A stretch of DNA of 64,000 nucleotides from Longimicrobiales bacterium (GTDB lineage: Bacteria; Gemmatimonadota; Gemmatimonadetes; Longimicrobiales; Gaopeijiaceae). The translations under genes and the position numbers were made by a program. The stretch covers positions 516,927-580,926 of the forward strand of contig OY282361.1 of NCBI GenBank assembly GCA_958295645.1. Reading direction: 5' to 3'. Below are positions 37,211-46,444 of the stretch, piece after piece. Under the pieces are notes generated by a model. That model was not told the origin of the DNA. It searched no databases and saw only the letters and a program-made list of their open reading frames with translations. The stretch's first letter is position 1; the number at the start of each line of letters is the position of its first letter.

Positions 37211-37306
37211 GGGACAGACGGCGGACTACGTCGAAGGCCGCTACGGCCGAGGGGCAGACGGCGGACGACATCGAAGGCCGCTACGACTGAGGGGCAGACG
37301 ACGACC
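37175..37306 (+). repeat. About 3.3 tandem copies of a 40-bp unit derived from the 3' end of pstB copy 2
   Basis: Units start at 37175, 37215 and 37255 (cagacggcggactacrtcgarggccgctacg...gagggg). Only the first copy is in the gene; the rest are out of frame downstream. Confidence 0.8.
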
Positions 37307-38321
37307 TGCGCGGGCTTCGGCGTCCCGTAGCCGACCAGACCCGAAACGGACCCCGATCCGCGACGACGACGAGGCTCCGAAAGTGAGCGCCCAGGATACG
37401 GCCGGCCGGAATCCGGCGCTGCACGACCAGGAGGACCTGCCCGCCGCGGCGCAACATCGCGGGCGCCTGCGAGGCGAGTTCCGCGAGGGCTCGCGTGCTG
37501 GGCCTGCCGCCTTCGTGGATGGGTGGATTGGAGACGATCAGGTCGTACGGGGCCCGGGCGGCCTGTGGACCCCGGGCCAAGATTATGCGGGCGCCGGGCA
37601 CGTTGCGGGCGGCGGCCGCCAGCGAAATCGCGTCGTGGTCCAGGAGATCGGCCTCCGCCGCCTCTCCAGCTCGCTCCAGCGCGGCGGCCGCGACGATGCC
37701 CGTGCCGGCGCCGTAGTCCAGGAGGCGCGCGCCCGGCGGTAGCCGCGGCAGGCTCTCGGCGAGCAAGGCCGTGCCGGGGTCGAGCCGGCCGAAGGCGAAC
37801 ACGCCGGGGTAGTGAAGCCACCGCCGATCTCCCTTGCCCCAGTCCAGCGTCGTCTCGAACGCCCAGTGCTCCAGGCCGTCCGGGCGAGGGGGCGGCCCCA
37901 CTCTCCTGGCCGAGAGAACGCGGCAGCGGCCCTTCGCCAACACGGTTCGGGGCGTTGCCGTCCCAGCCGGAAAGCGCTTGGCCGCCGAGCGGAGGCCGTC
38001 GCGGTTGGCGCCGTACAGGAGAACGCGGCCCCCGTCCTGCACTCGCGCGGCCGCGGCGTGCAGAAGCATCGCGGCCTCCTGCCCGGACCGGGGCATTCGC
38101 ACCCAGACCTCTCCGAAGCGGCCCTCCGGCGGCCAGGCCGAGCACGGCCGTTCCCGCCTCTTGAAGCGGCTCCAGCACGCCGCCGCCGCGCCGGTGCTCT
38201 CAAGGGCCTCCAGCAGCAGCCCGTCCGCCTCGCCGACAACGAGAGCGGTCGCTCCCGCCGCTCCGTCGGCTGCGCGGGCCCACTCCGCGGCCACCCGCGA
38301 GGCCTCTCCGCGGCCGGTCAT
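37281..38321 (-). CDS. Class I SAM-dependent methyltransferase, RsmC-like (methyltransferase small domain, NPP-x-H motif)
   Basis: LLDYGAGTGIVAAAAL (motif I) and VSNPPIHEG. Starts at MTGRGEASRV (ATG 38321) and overlaps the upstream gene's stop. Confidence 0.6.
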   Translation of the reverse strand: MTGRGEASRVAAEWARAADGAAGATALVVGEADGLLLEALESTGAAAACWSRFKRRERPCSAWPPEGRFGEVWVRMPRSGQEAAMLLHAAAARVQDGGRVLLYGANRDGLRSAAKRFPAGTATPRTVLAKGRCRVLSARRVGPPPRPDGLEHWAFETTLDWGKGDRRWLHYPGVFAFGRLDPGTALLAESLPRLPPGARLLDYGAGTGIVAAAALERAGEAAEADLLDHDAISLAAAARNVPGARIILARGPQAARAPYDLIVSNPPIHEGGRPSTRALAELASQAPAMLRRGGQVLLVVQRRIPAGRILGAHFRSLVVVADRGPFRVWSATGRRSPRRSSSAPQS

Positions 38322-39247
38322 CTTCGCGGCGGCGCCCCGGCCTCCTCCTCCGCGGAAGCGAGCAGTTCGCCCAGCACCGTCCCGGCCAGGTCGCTCGGAA
38401 AACCGACCTTGTAGGTCGCCTTGAAGACGTTCGCGCCTCCGTTGCGGATGGCCGCCGCGACCTCGGCCCCGACGGGCTCGAGCAACCCGGCGTGCAGCAG
38501 CTGCAGGGGATCGGCGGCGGCGATCTTGGGCGTCGCTTCCCAGGCGCGGCGAAACTCCTCGTCGCGATCCAGGAGTTGCCGAAACAGGTACTGCATCCAG
38601 AAGTACACCCCCAGCTTGGGGTGCTCGACCGTGGGCATCAGAAGCCCCTCGTACGGCCGGCCCCACCGGCGGCCGCAACCGTGACGGAAGCGCAGGTGGG
38701 TGGTCCGCGCAGCGACCCGCTCGCCCGTCAAGCGCACTCTGCTCAGCAGCCCTCCTCCCGCAACGGGCCGTCCGGCGGCCCTCCTCCGCGTCTTCTCGAG
38801 CAGCCGCAGGGACTCGGCGAACCAGCGGGCCACGACCAGGGAGCCCGGCCGAGCGGCCAACAGCCAGCTGTCCACGGGGCGGTCGCAGGAAGGGCGATCG
38901 TACCCGAAGAAGCCGCTGGGAGCCGTGACCCCGTCGATCCACGCGTCCAGAGGCTTGGCGCACCACAGCGTGGCGTCCGCCCACACCCCGCCGTGCCTCG
39001 CGAGCAGCGCCAAGCGCAGCAGGTCGGAGCGCGCCGGCAACGCGGGACGCGCCTCCTCCACGATCGGCGGGAGGACCTCCCCGACGGCGTCGCTGTTCGC
39101 GTCCAGCTGGTGGACGACCCATCCCGGATTCCTGCGCCGCCACGTCTCGCCGCAACGTTGCACGACCCCGGGCGCGGCCCCCCACCCCTGGTGCCAGTAG
39201 GTCCAAATCCGGCGAGGCAGGGGCTTGGCCGGCGGCCCGCCGTTCAC
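38318..39247 (-). CDS. Capsular-polysaccharide-synthesis / GT32-like glycosyltransferase-family protein
   Basis: RRIWTYWHQGW and a DxD-like region (SDLLRLALLARHGGVWADATL). GTG start at 39247 overlaps the cls stop. Confidence 0.5.
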   Translation of the reverse strand: MNGGPPAKPLPRRIWTYWHQGWGAAPGVVQRCGETWRRRNPGWVVHQLDANSDAVGEVLPPIVEEARPALPARSDLLRLALLARHGGVWADATLWCAKPLDAWIDGVTAPSGFFGYDRPSCDRPVDSWLLAARPGSLVVARWFAESLRLLEKTRRRAAGRPVAGGGLLSRVRLTGERVAARTTHLRFRHGCGRRWGRPYEGLLMPTVEHPKLGVYFWMQYLFRQLLDRDEEFRRAWEATPKIAAADPLQLLHAGLLEPVGAEVAAAIRNGGANVFKATYKVGFPSDLAGTVLGELLASAEEEAGAPPRR

Positions 39248-40689
39248 AGCAAAGGCGCCAGGAGGCCGCCCGCGTTCTCCGCAAGGCGGCTGGGCCAGTG
39301 GCGGCGCGACCAGGCGGCGGGGTCCACGGTCCTGCAGTCTAGGAGGTAGCGTTCCTGCAGGGAGCGCAGCCGCGAGGCGAAGTCGCTGTCGTACACCAAG
39401 GTGGTGATCTCGAAGTTGATGTCGAAGCTGCGGCGGTCCATGTTGGCCGTGCTGACCATGGCGAAGTCCCGGTCCACGGTCATGGTCTTGGCGTGCAGGA
39501 GGCCCTTTCTGAACTCGTGCACCTGCGCGCCGGCGTTGAGAAGCCCCTGGTAGTAGCTTCGGCTGGCCAAGCCGACGAGGAGAGAGTCGTTGCGGGCCGG
39601 AACCACGACGATCGTCGAGACGCCGCGCAGCGCCGCGGTGGTGAGCGCCGCCATGGTGCCTTCGTCGGGCACGAAGTAGGGCGTGGTCAGCACGAGTTCT
39701 TCGCGAGCGGTGTGGATCGCGGACTGGATCACGCGCACGAGCGCTTGGTTCCTGGAGTTGACGCCGCTGCCGATCACCTGCACGACCGTGCCGTCGTCGT
39801 GCTGCTCGGGCCCGGTCGCGATCAGGTGGTCGAGGCTCTGGCCCGTGTCCAGGTACCAGTCCTCCACGAACAACGCCTGCAAGTCGCGCACGGCGGGGCC
39901 GTCGATTCGCAGCGTCGCGTCGATCCACGGAGCGAACTTGGGCTTGGGACGAAAGGCTGCCGAGGCCACGTTGTGGCTGCCCGTGTAGCCGACGAGCCCG
40001 TCCACGACCACGATCTTGCGATGGTTCCTCATGTCGAAGCGGATCGAGGCGATCTGGTCGATGCGCGTCGGCAGCGCGCGGACGATCTGCACGCCCCGTC
40101 TCTTCATTTCCTGGCAGAGGCTGGACTTGAGGAAGTCGGCGGATCCCACGTTGTCGGCCAGCAGGCGGCAGTCCACCCCCTGGCCCGCGCGCTCGATCAG
40201 CGCCTCGCCCAGCTTGCGCCCGACTTCGTCGTCCAGGTAGATGTAGGAGAGAAGGTGCACGTGACGTTGCGCCCGGCCGATGTCCGCCATCAACGCGTCG
40301 ACGAAGTCGTCCGTGCGCGCCAACAGCGTGAGCCGGTTGCCCGCCCGCGGCTCCGTGTCGCTGACTAGGCCCGCCAGCCGCGCCACCGCGCGGGACGTTC
40401 CCGGCCGCAGGGAGGGAGCGGCGGCCTCTCGCCAGGCGCGCTTCAGCACGGTTCGGATGGTGCCTTGAATCACCCGGTGCCGGCGCTTGCGCCTGCTGCC
40501 CGGCCTTACTTCCCCCAAGATCATGTACAGCGCGACGCCGATCACGGGCACCGCCAAGATCACCAATATCCAGGCCATGGACGAAGACTGGCGGGTCCGC
40601 GGACGCAACAGCACGAACACCACGAAGACCATCTGGAGAACGACGACGACGCTCCCGCCCAGGACCAGGACGGCGCCCAGGCCGGTCAT
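39244..40689 (-). CDS. cls: Cardiolipin synthase (phospholipase D family, two HKD motifs)
   Basis: N-terminal TM helices; HRKIVVVDG and HAKTMTVD HKD motifs. Confidence 0.85.
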   Translation of the reverse strand: MTGLGAVLVLGGSVVVVLQMVFVVFVLLRPRTRQSSSMAWILVILAVPVIGVALYMILGEVRPGSRRKRRHRVIQGTIRTVLKRAWREAAAPSLRPGTSRAVARLAGLVSDTEPRAGNRLTLLARTDDFVDALMADIGRAQRHVHLLSYIYLDDEVGRKLGEALIERAGQGVDCRLLADNVGSADFLKSSLCQEMKRRGVQIVRALPTRIDQIASIRFDMRNHRKIVVVDGLVGYTGSHNVASAAFRPKPKFAPWIDATLRIDGPAVRDLQALFVEDWYLDTGQSLDHLIATGPEQHDDGTVVQVIGSGVNSRNQALVRVIQSAIHTAREELVLTTPYFVPDEGTMAALTTAALRGVSTIVVVPARNDSLLVGLASRSYYQGLLNAGAQVHEFRKGLLHAKTMTVDRDFAMVSTANMDRRSFDINFEITTLVYDSDFASRLRSLQERYLLDCRTVDPAAWSRRHWPSRLAENAGGLLAPLL

Positions 40690-40717
40690 CGCGCCGCTGC
40701 TTCCGCGGCGGAGCGTC

Positions 40718-42199
40718 CTAGGGGCGGCTCCCCCGAAACGAGGCGGCCACGACCAGCGTCTTCAGCAGTATCCGCATGTCCCATAGGCTGTTTCGATGCC
40801 GGATGTAATGGAGATCGTATTCCAGCTTGGCTTCGGCCCCGGAGACGGTCTGGCTGTAGCCGCATTCGATCTGGGCCAGCCCCGTGACGCCGGGCTTCAC
40901 GATGTGGCGCAGGTCGTAGTAGGGAATTCGCTTGCGGAACTCGTCGGCAAGTTCGCAGATCTCGGGCCGCGGTCCAACCAAGCTCATGTCTCCCCGCAAC
41001 ACGTTCCAGAGCTGGGGCAACTCGTCCCAGTGGGTCCTGCGGAGAAAACGGCCGAGCCGGGTGATCCGGGGGTCGGCCGGCTGCGTGGGCCCGAACTGCT
41101 CCGCATTGGCCACCATCGTGCGGAACTTGTTGATGACGAAGGGCTGGTTCCGCAGTCCCACCCGCTCCTGCCTGAACAGCGCCGGGCCCCTGGACGTAAG
41201 GCGGATCGCCAGGTACGCGAGCAGCAGCAGGGGCGAGGCCACCAGCAGGCCGAACGCCGACAACGCGATGTCGACAAGACGCTTGAGTCGGTCGTCGAGC
41301 GCCTGGCCCCAACCCAGGAACCGGAACGAGAACGCGACCCACCAGTCCTCGACGTGCCGAATGGGCAGCCTTCGCGTCAGCATCTCGACGCAGGGGCCGA
41401 TGTCCTGCACTTCCACGCCCATGCGCTTGCACAGGATCAGCTGCTGGTACACGTCCTTGCGTCCGGCCAAGCCCGACGGCGCGACCGCGATCAGCCGGAT
41501 GCCCGCGGCGCCCACCACCCTGGAGACGTCGGACGCGGGTCGCCGGCCGGCTTGGCGGCCCCACTTGGAGACCTGGATTTCGCCATTGGGCAACGCCTTG
41601 AATTCGACATCCACCCGGTACGACTTGTCGCGCCTCAACGCTTCGCCGAGTTCCTGCAGGCCGGGGCCGTATCCCAGCACTGCAACGGGAATGGGCGCGA
41701 CGCGAGCCCGGATGCGTTCGCCGCCGGTTCGCCTCCAAACGAGCAGGGCGGGCAACGCGAGAAGGTAGTAGACGGCCACCGCGGTCCGTCCCAGGCCCAC
41801 GGCGGGGACGAAGAACGAAATCGTGCTGGAAACGAGAACCGCGAGTCCCAGACCGAAGAGCAGTCGCGTCGACAGGCCGTTGGCCCGGTGATAGACCCGC
41901 TCGTCGTAGCAGCCCGCCAAGTAGAGGCCGAAGACGGAGCATCCGGCCAGCACGAGGGGGACGTTGACGATTGCCGGCGTGCGCACGGCCGCGATGGCCA
42001 CCGTCGCCGCCAGGGAGGCCGCGATGGCGACCGCGTCTCCAAGCAGGAACACCCTCCCGCCGCTGGAGATGCGGGGCCTGCCGGCGTTCGGCTGCGCTCC
42101 CGGGAAGACCTCGAGGGGTACGGATTGCCCCTCTAGCGGCGGCGGCGGTGCGATGCCTTCCGGTTCAGCGGCGATGCGCGGTCGGGCTGACGTGGCCAT
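40718..42199 (-). CDS. Exopolysaccharide-priming polyprenyl glycosylphosphotransferase (WbaP/EpsL-like sugar transferase)
   Basis: N-terminal TM helices and a C-terminal bacterial sugar-transferase domain (LPQLWNVLRGDMSLVGPRP). Confidence 0.85.
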   Translation of the reverse strand: MATSARPRIAAEPEGIAPPPPLEGQSVPLEVFPGAQPNAGRPRISSGGRVFLLGDAVAIAASLAATVAIAAVRTPAIVNVPLVLAGCSVFGLYLAGCYDERVYHRANGLSTRLLFGLGLAVLVSSTISFFVPAVGLGRTAVAVYYLLALPALLVWRRTGGERIRARVAPIPVAVLGYGPGLQELGEALRRDKSYRVDVEFKALPNGEIQVSKWGRQAGRRPASDVSRVVGAAGIRLIAVAPSGLAGRKDVYQQLILCKRMGVEVQDIGPCVEMLTRRLPIRHVEDWWVAFSFRFLGWGQALDDRLKRLVDIALSAFGLLVASPLLLLAYLAIRLTSRGPALFRQERVGLRNQPFVINKFRTMVANAEQFGPTQPADPRITRLGRFLRRTHWDELPQLWNVLRGDMSLVGPRPEICELADEFRKRIPYYDLRHIVKPGVTGLAQIECGYSQTVSGAEAKLEYDLHYIRHRNSLWDMRILLKTLVVAASFRGSRP

Positions 42200-42211
42200 T
42201 GGAGAAGAAGA

Positions 42212-42227
42212 GGGGGGGGGGGGGGGG
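42212..42227. repeat. Homopolymeric G16 tract (C16 on the coding strand), 12 nt upstream of the sugar-transferase start codon
   Basis: gaagaagaGGGGGGGGGGGGGGGGagcc. Sits in the 42-bp gap between two minus-strand genes. Confidence 0.95.
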
Positions 42228-42241
42228 AGCCAAAGGAGTGC

Positions 42242-42826
42242 CTACTGGTCGTTCGAAGGCGGCACGATCATGATGTGCGCCCCCGGCGTGCCGGGATTCA
42301 TGATCCAGGGGCCGCCGGGTTGTGGTTCGGGCGACAGGCCCGTGGAGGCGGCTGTGGCGCCCGGCACGTAGATCACCCACCGGACCCGTCCTTCGCCGGT
42401 CAGCGTCTCGGAGTCCCAGAGGCCGTCGAAGACGTACTGCGTGGCCGACGCGGCGGGGGTGGCAAGGGCGCCGGACTCCATTTCCTCCCACCGGATCCGG
42501 TACCGGTCCTCGTGCGAAACGCTGTCAGCCGACAGCTCCCGGCCACGGGCGAAGTAGGGTTCCAGCGAGGCGTGGTAGCATGAACTGGAGAAACGTTCGC
42601 GGGCCGGATTCGCGGCCAAGCAGACGAAGTCGCCCGAGCCTGCCCTGATCTCGACCACGCTGCCGTCGGCCGCATACCCCAGGAGGCGCGCCTCCGCCGC
42701 CTTGTCGGCCGGGGCCGCGAGCAACGCCTGCGCGGTCTGTTCCTCCAGGTTGGGCACTTGCGCGTTGGCGCCGCCGCATGCGGACAGCGCGAGCGCGCTG
42801 GAGACGATCGAGCGGGCGTTCTTCAT
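42242..42826 (-). CDS. Hypothetical lipoprotein (194 aa)
   Basis: MKNARSIVSSALALSACGG is a signal peptide with a lipobox. The listed 1037-aa ORF is an alternate-frame artefact apart from this C-terminal part. Confidence 0.5.
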   Translation of the reverse strand: MKNARSIVSSALALSACGGANAQVPNLEEQTAQALLAAPADKAAEARLLGYAADGSVVEIRAGSGDFVCLAANPARERFSSSCYHASLEPYFARGRELSADSVSHEDRYRIRWEEMESGALATPAASATQYVFDGLWDSETLTGEGRVRWVIYVPGATAASTGLSPEPQPGGPWIMNPGTPGAHIMIVPPSNDQ

Positions 42827-43416
42827 AGGGCGGTGGCCTCTCTGTGGGAGACTACGGGGCGGGTCGTGGACGGAAGGCGCCGTGCGCCGTCCGGAAAGCG
42901 GATGATGCTCGGGCGGTGGTTCTCCGCCGCCAGGAAGCGCAGCAACCCCCCTCTCGATATGCTGGTCGTCTTGGAGTTGTCGAGCGGATGAAAGTTGAGC
43001 GGGGGATTCTCCAAGAGCTCCTCGTCCAGGGCGACGTTGACGATTCCCTCGCGGTCGTTGAGGACGGCGAACGGCGAGACGGCGCCGGCCCGGATGCCGA
43101 GATGGGCGGCCAAGCGGCGCCGGCTGCAGAACGTGAGCCGCTTCGTGCCCAGCCGTTCGGCGAGCCAAGCCAAGTCCACCGCGCGGTCGCTCCGGCAGGA
43201 GACCAGCCAATGCCGCTCCTTCTTGTCGCGCAGGAACAGGTTCTTCGAGTGGGAGCCGGGAATCCGCCCGCGCAGCCGCCGTGCTTCCTCCACCGTGAAC
43301 ACGGGCGCGTGGTCGATGGTCTCGTGATCGACGCCGAGCGCGTCCAGGCGGGCGTGCAAATCCGCGGACGACTTGGGCCTCGTGCCATCGGCCAGCTTGA
43401 GCGGGGCGGCATCCAT
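42823..43416 (-). CDS. YbaK/ProX-like aminoacyl-tRNA deacylase domain protein
   Basis: Resemblance to the YbaK/prolyl-tRNA synthetase-associated editing domain (HSKNLFLRDKK...; GAVSPF). Confidence 0.6.
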   Translation of the reverse strand: MDAAPLKLADGTRPKSSADLHARLDALGVDHETIDHAPVFTVEEARRLRGRIPGSHSKNLFLRDKKERHWLVSCRSDRAVDLAWLAERLGTKRLTFCSRRRLAAHLGIRAGAVSPFAVLNDREGIVNVALDEELLENPPLNFHPLDNSKTTSISRGGLLRFLAAENHRPSIIRFPDGARRLPSTTRPVVSHREATAL

Positions 43417-43494
43417 GGCCTCTAACGTAACGATTGAAGAGGCTTGGCAATGGCCGGATGGGACGCTGCCGGCCGGTTGCCGGGTCTAACGGGG

Positions 43495-44634
43495 CTACCG
43501 GGCCTCGCTTCCCAGCACCTGATCCAGCGCCCGTTCCAGCGTGGCGAGGGTGCGATCCACGTCGTGCAGCTTGTCGAGCCCGAACAATCCCAAGCGGAAC
43601 GTCCGAAAGTCTTCGGGTTCGTCGCAGGCCAGCGGCACGCCCGCCGCGATCTGGAGGCCGGCCCGGGCGAACTTCGTGCCGTTGGCGATCTCGGGATCCC
43701 GGGTATGGCAGACCACCACTCCGTCGGCTTGGTAGGGGGCGGCGGCCACGTTGCGCAGGTCCCGCCGGGCGAGCAGCGCCCGGGTCTTGGCCCCCAGAAG
43801 GCGCTGCAGGCCGCGGGCGCGGTCGAATCCCGTGGCCCTGATCTCGTCCATCGCGGAGGCCAGGAGGCGCAGCGCGTCCGTCGGCATGGTCGTGTGGTAG
43901 AGGTGCGCGCCGGTCTCGTAGGCTTCCGCGACGCGCAGCCACGTCCCCAGGTCGCAGGAGAAGCTGGAGCTCCGCGAGGAGCGGAGGGCCGCCTCCGCCG
44001 CCGGGCCCAACATCACCAGCCCGGCGCAGGGAGAGCCGCTCCAGCCCTTTTGGGGCGCGCTCACGAGCACGTCCACGCCAGAGGAGGCCATGTCGATCCA
44101 CTCGGCGCCCGAGGCGATGCAGTCCAGCACGAACAGCCCGCCTCCCCGGTGCGTCGCCTCCGCCACGGCCGCCAAGTACTCCGCCGTCAGCATCATTCCC
44201 GAGGACGTCTCGACGTGCGGCGCGAACACCACCGCCGGCCGCTGGGCCTCGATCGCCTCCACGACCTCGCCAAGCGGCGGCGGCGAGAAGGCCGGCGGAG
44301 CCGCATCGTCGTGCACGGCCTTCAGCACGCGGTGCTCCGAGGCGATCGACCCCGCGTCCAGGATCTGGCTCCAGCGGTAGCTGAACCAGCCGTTGCGGAT
44401 CACGAGGCAGGCCTTGCCGGCCGCGAACTGGCGGGCCACGGCCTCCATGGCGAAGGTGCCCCCGCCGGGGACGACCGCCGCTCTCTCGGCGCCGTACGCC
44501 TCCTTGAGCGTCGCGCAGACCTTCCTCATCACTTCGCGGAAGGCCGCGGACATGTGGTTCAGCGACCGGTCCGTGAACACCACCGAGTACTCGAGCAGGC
44601 CGTCCGGGTCGATGTCCGGGCGCAGTCCAGGCAC
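43495..44634 (-). CDS. Class V aminotransferase (serine-pyruvate/alanine-glyoxylate or PhnW-like)
   Basis: PLP-lysine motif SAPQKGW; class V fold pattern. Confidence 0.8.
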   Translation of the reverse strand: MPGLRPDIDPDGLLEYSVVFTDRSLNHMSAAFREVMRKVCATLKEAYGAERAAVVPGGGTFAMEAVARQFAAGKACLVIRNGWFSYRWSQILDAGSIASEHRVLKAVHDDAAPPAFSPPPLGEVVEAIEAQRPAVVFAPHVETSSGMMLTAEYLAAVAEATHRGGGLFVLDCIASGAEWIDMASSGVDVLVSAPQKGWSGSPCAGLVMLGPAAEAALRSSRSSSFSCDLGTWLRVAEAYETGAHLYHTTMPTDALRLLASAMDEIRATGFDRARGLQRLLGAKTRALLARRDLRNVAAAPYQADGVVVCHTRDPEIANGTKFARAGLQIAAGVPLACDEPEDFRTFRLGLFGLDKLHDVDRTLATLERALDQVLGSEAR

Positions 44635-44809
44635 TCTTCGACTCCCTTTGCAATTCAGCGGCTTGTCGTGGCGCCGCCAACGACGGGCGGGCGTCCATCG
44701 GCGTTACGTTAACCGTTCGCCGCGCCGCGCGTGGGCTCCGACCGGCCCCCGCCGCGCCCTCGCTCCGGATTCTGGCCCCCTCGCCAGGGAAACCACAAGA
44801 CGTCCGCCC

Positions 44810-45580
44810 GTGAAACGCCTTCCCGTCCTGCTCTCCGCGATCCTTGTCGCCGCCGCCTCTTGGGGGTGCGGCGGCGGAGCGGTCGCCGAGCTGAGATACG
44901 AGATCACCCGCCAGCTGCCTCACGACACGCTGGCGTACACGCAAGGACTCCTGCTCCAGGACGGGACCTTCTTCGAGAGCACCGGACAGCGGGGCAGGTC
45001 GCAGCTGCGCCAAGTCGAGGTCGCGACCGGAGAGGTGCTGCGCGCCCGCGACCTGGACGCCGAGCACTTCGGGGAGGGGTTGGCCGCCACGGGCGCCAGG
45101 CTGGTTCAGCTCACTTGGCAGGCGGGGCTGGCGTTCGTGTACGACGCGGCCACGTTCGAGGTCGTGGACACGCTGCGGTACGAGGGCGAGGGATGGGGGC
45201 TGTGCTACGACGGCGAAGCGCTCTTCATGTCCAACGGCTCCTCCGTCCTCACGCGGCGCGACCCGGGCACGCTGGCCGTCCTCGGCGAGGTGCGGGTCAC
45301 GCGGGACGGCTTCAGCCAGAGGGACCTGAACGAGCTCGAGTGCGTGGACGACCACGTCTACGCCAACGTCTACGGGTCCAACACGATCGTCAGGATCGAC
45401 AAGCGCACCGGCGAGGTGACGGGCGAAGTGGACGCCTACGGACTCTTCCTGCAGAGTTCGCGCCCGGCGGACGAGGGCGCCGTCCTGAACGGCATCGCCT
45501 ACGACCCGGCGACCGGCCTGTTCTATTTGACCGGCAAGCTGTGGGCCGACATGTTCGAGGTTCGGATCACGGAGGGATGA
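44810..45580 (+). CDS. Glutaminyl-peptide cyclotransferase (plant/bacterial-type glutamine cyclotransferase beta-propeller)
   Basis: Lipoprotein-like N-terminus (GTG start; AASWGCGG). YTQGLLLQDGTFFESTGQRGRSQLRQVEVATGEV matches the bacterial QC family. Confidence 0.7.
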   Translation: MKRLPVLLSAILVAAASWGCGGGAVAELRYEITRQLPHDTLAYTQGLLLQDGTFFESTGQRGRSQLRQVEVATGEVLRARDLDAEHFGEGLAATGARLVQLTWQAGLAFVYDAATFEVVDTLRYEGEGWGLCYDGEALFMSNGSSVLTRRDPGTLAVLGEVRVTRDGFSQRDLNELECVDDHVYANVYGSNTIVRIDKRTGEVTGEVDAYGLFLQSSRPADEGAVLNGIAYDPATGLFYLTGKLWADMFEVRITEG

Positions 45581-45651
45581 CCGCCGGCGCGCCTGTTGCC
45601 GCGCCGGGAAGCGACCGGAGGAGAGCCTTGCCCCAGTCCAGCGTCCTCGAC

Positions 45652-46164
45652 ATGAGCGACGATCTGCTCGGCGCCATGAACCAGCAAGTCGCCAACGAGC
45701 TGGGCGCCTCCGTGCAGTACGTTCTCGTCGCCTCCTACTTCGACGGCCGGAGCCTGCCCGGGCTCGCGCGCTTCTTTCATGCGCAGGCCGGCGAGGAGCG
45801 CGACCACGCCATGCGCTTCGCCCGGTTCGTGGTCGATTCCGGCGCGCAGCTGCGGATTCCGGCGATTCCGGAGCAGCAGAGCGACTTCGCGTCGGCCTCG
45901 GCGGCCGTGGGCTTGGCGTTGGACTGGGAGGAAGAGGTGACGCGCCAGATCCTGGCGCTCGTGGACCGGGCGCGGCGGGACCGCAACGTCGTCGCGGAAC
46001 GCTTTTTGGACTGGTTCGTCAACGAGCAGCACGAGGAGGTGACGACCATGCGGGAACTGCTGGACGTGGTCGAGCACGCGGGCGAGGACGACCTGCTCGC
46101 CGTCGAGGAGCGCTTGGCGCGCGAGGGGATGCCTGCCGGGGGCTCCTCCGCGAGGCCTGCGTAG
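45652..46164 (+). CDS. Ferritin-like (non-haem ferritin/Dps-superfamily diiron) protein
   Basis: LNQQVANELGASVQYV...EERDHAMRF...NEQHEEV are ferritin diiron-site helices. Confidence 0.8.
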   Translation: MSDDLLGAMNQQVANELGASVQYVLVASYFDGRSLPGLARFFHAQAGEERDHAMRFARFVVDSGAQLRIPAIPEQQSDFASASAAVGLALDWEEEVTRQILALVDRARRDRNVVAERFLDWFVNEQHEEVTTMRELLDVVEHAGEDDLLAVEERLAREGMPAGGSSARPA

Positions 46165-46174
46165 GGCCGGGCGC

Positions 46175-46426
46175 GTGCCGGTCTTCGAGTACCTCTGCAA
46201 GGAGTGCGCGCAGGAGTTCGAGCTCTTGGTGCGGGGCTCGGCGGCGCCGTCGTGTCCGGCCTGCGGCGGCCAGGAGCTGGAGAAGCTCATGTCCTTGCCC
46301 CGCGTCAAGTCCTCCGCGACCCGGGGCGTGGCCATGCGCGCGGCCAAGCGGCGCGACGCGAAGCAGGCGCGCGACAGGATGCACGAACGAATTCGCTACG
46401 AACAAAGCCACGACCGCCACGGATAA
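46175..46426 (+). CDS. FmdB-family zinc-ribbon protein
   Basis: MPVFEYLCKECAQEFE...CPACGG: the CxxC...CxxC zinc ribbon typical of the FmdB family. Confidence 0.7.
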   Translation: MPVFEYLCKECAQEFELLVRGSAAPSCPACGGQELEKLMSLPRVKSSATRGVAMRAAKRRDAKQARDRMHERIRYEQSHDRHG

Positions 46427-46444
46427 GCGGCGGTTCGGCGGAGG

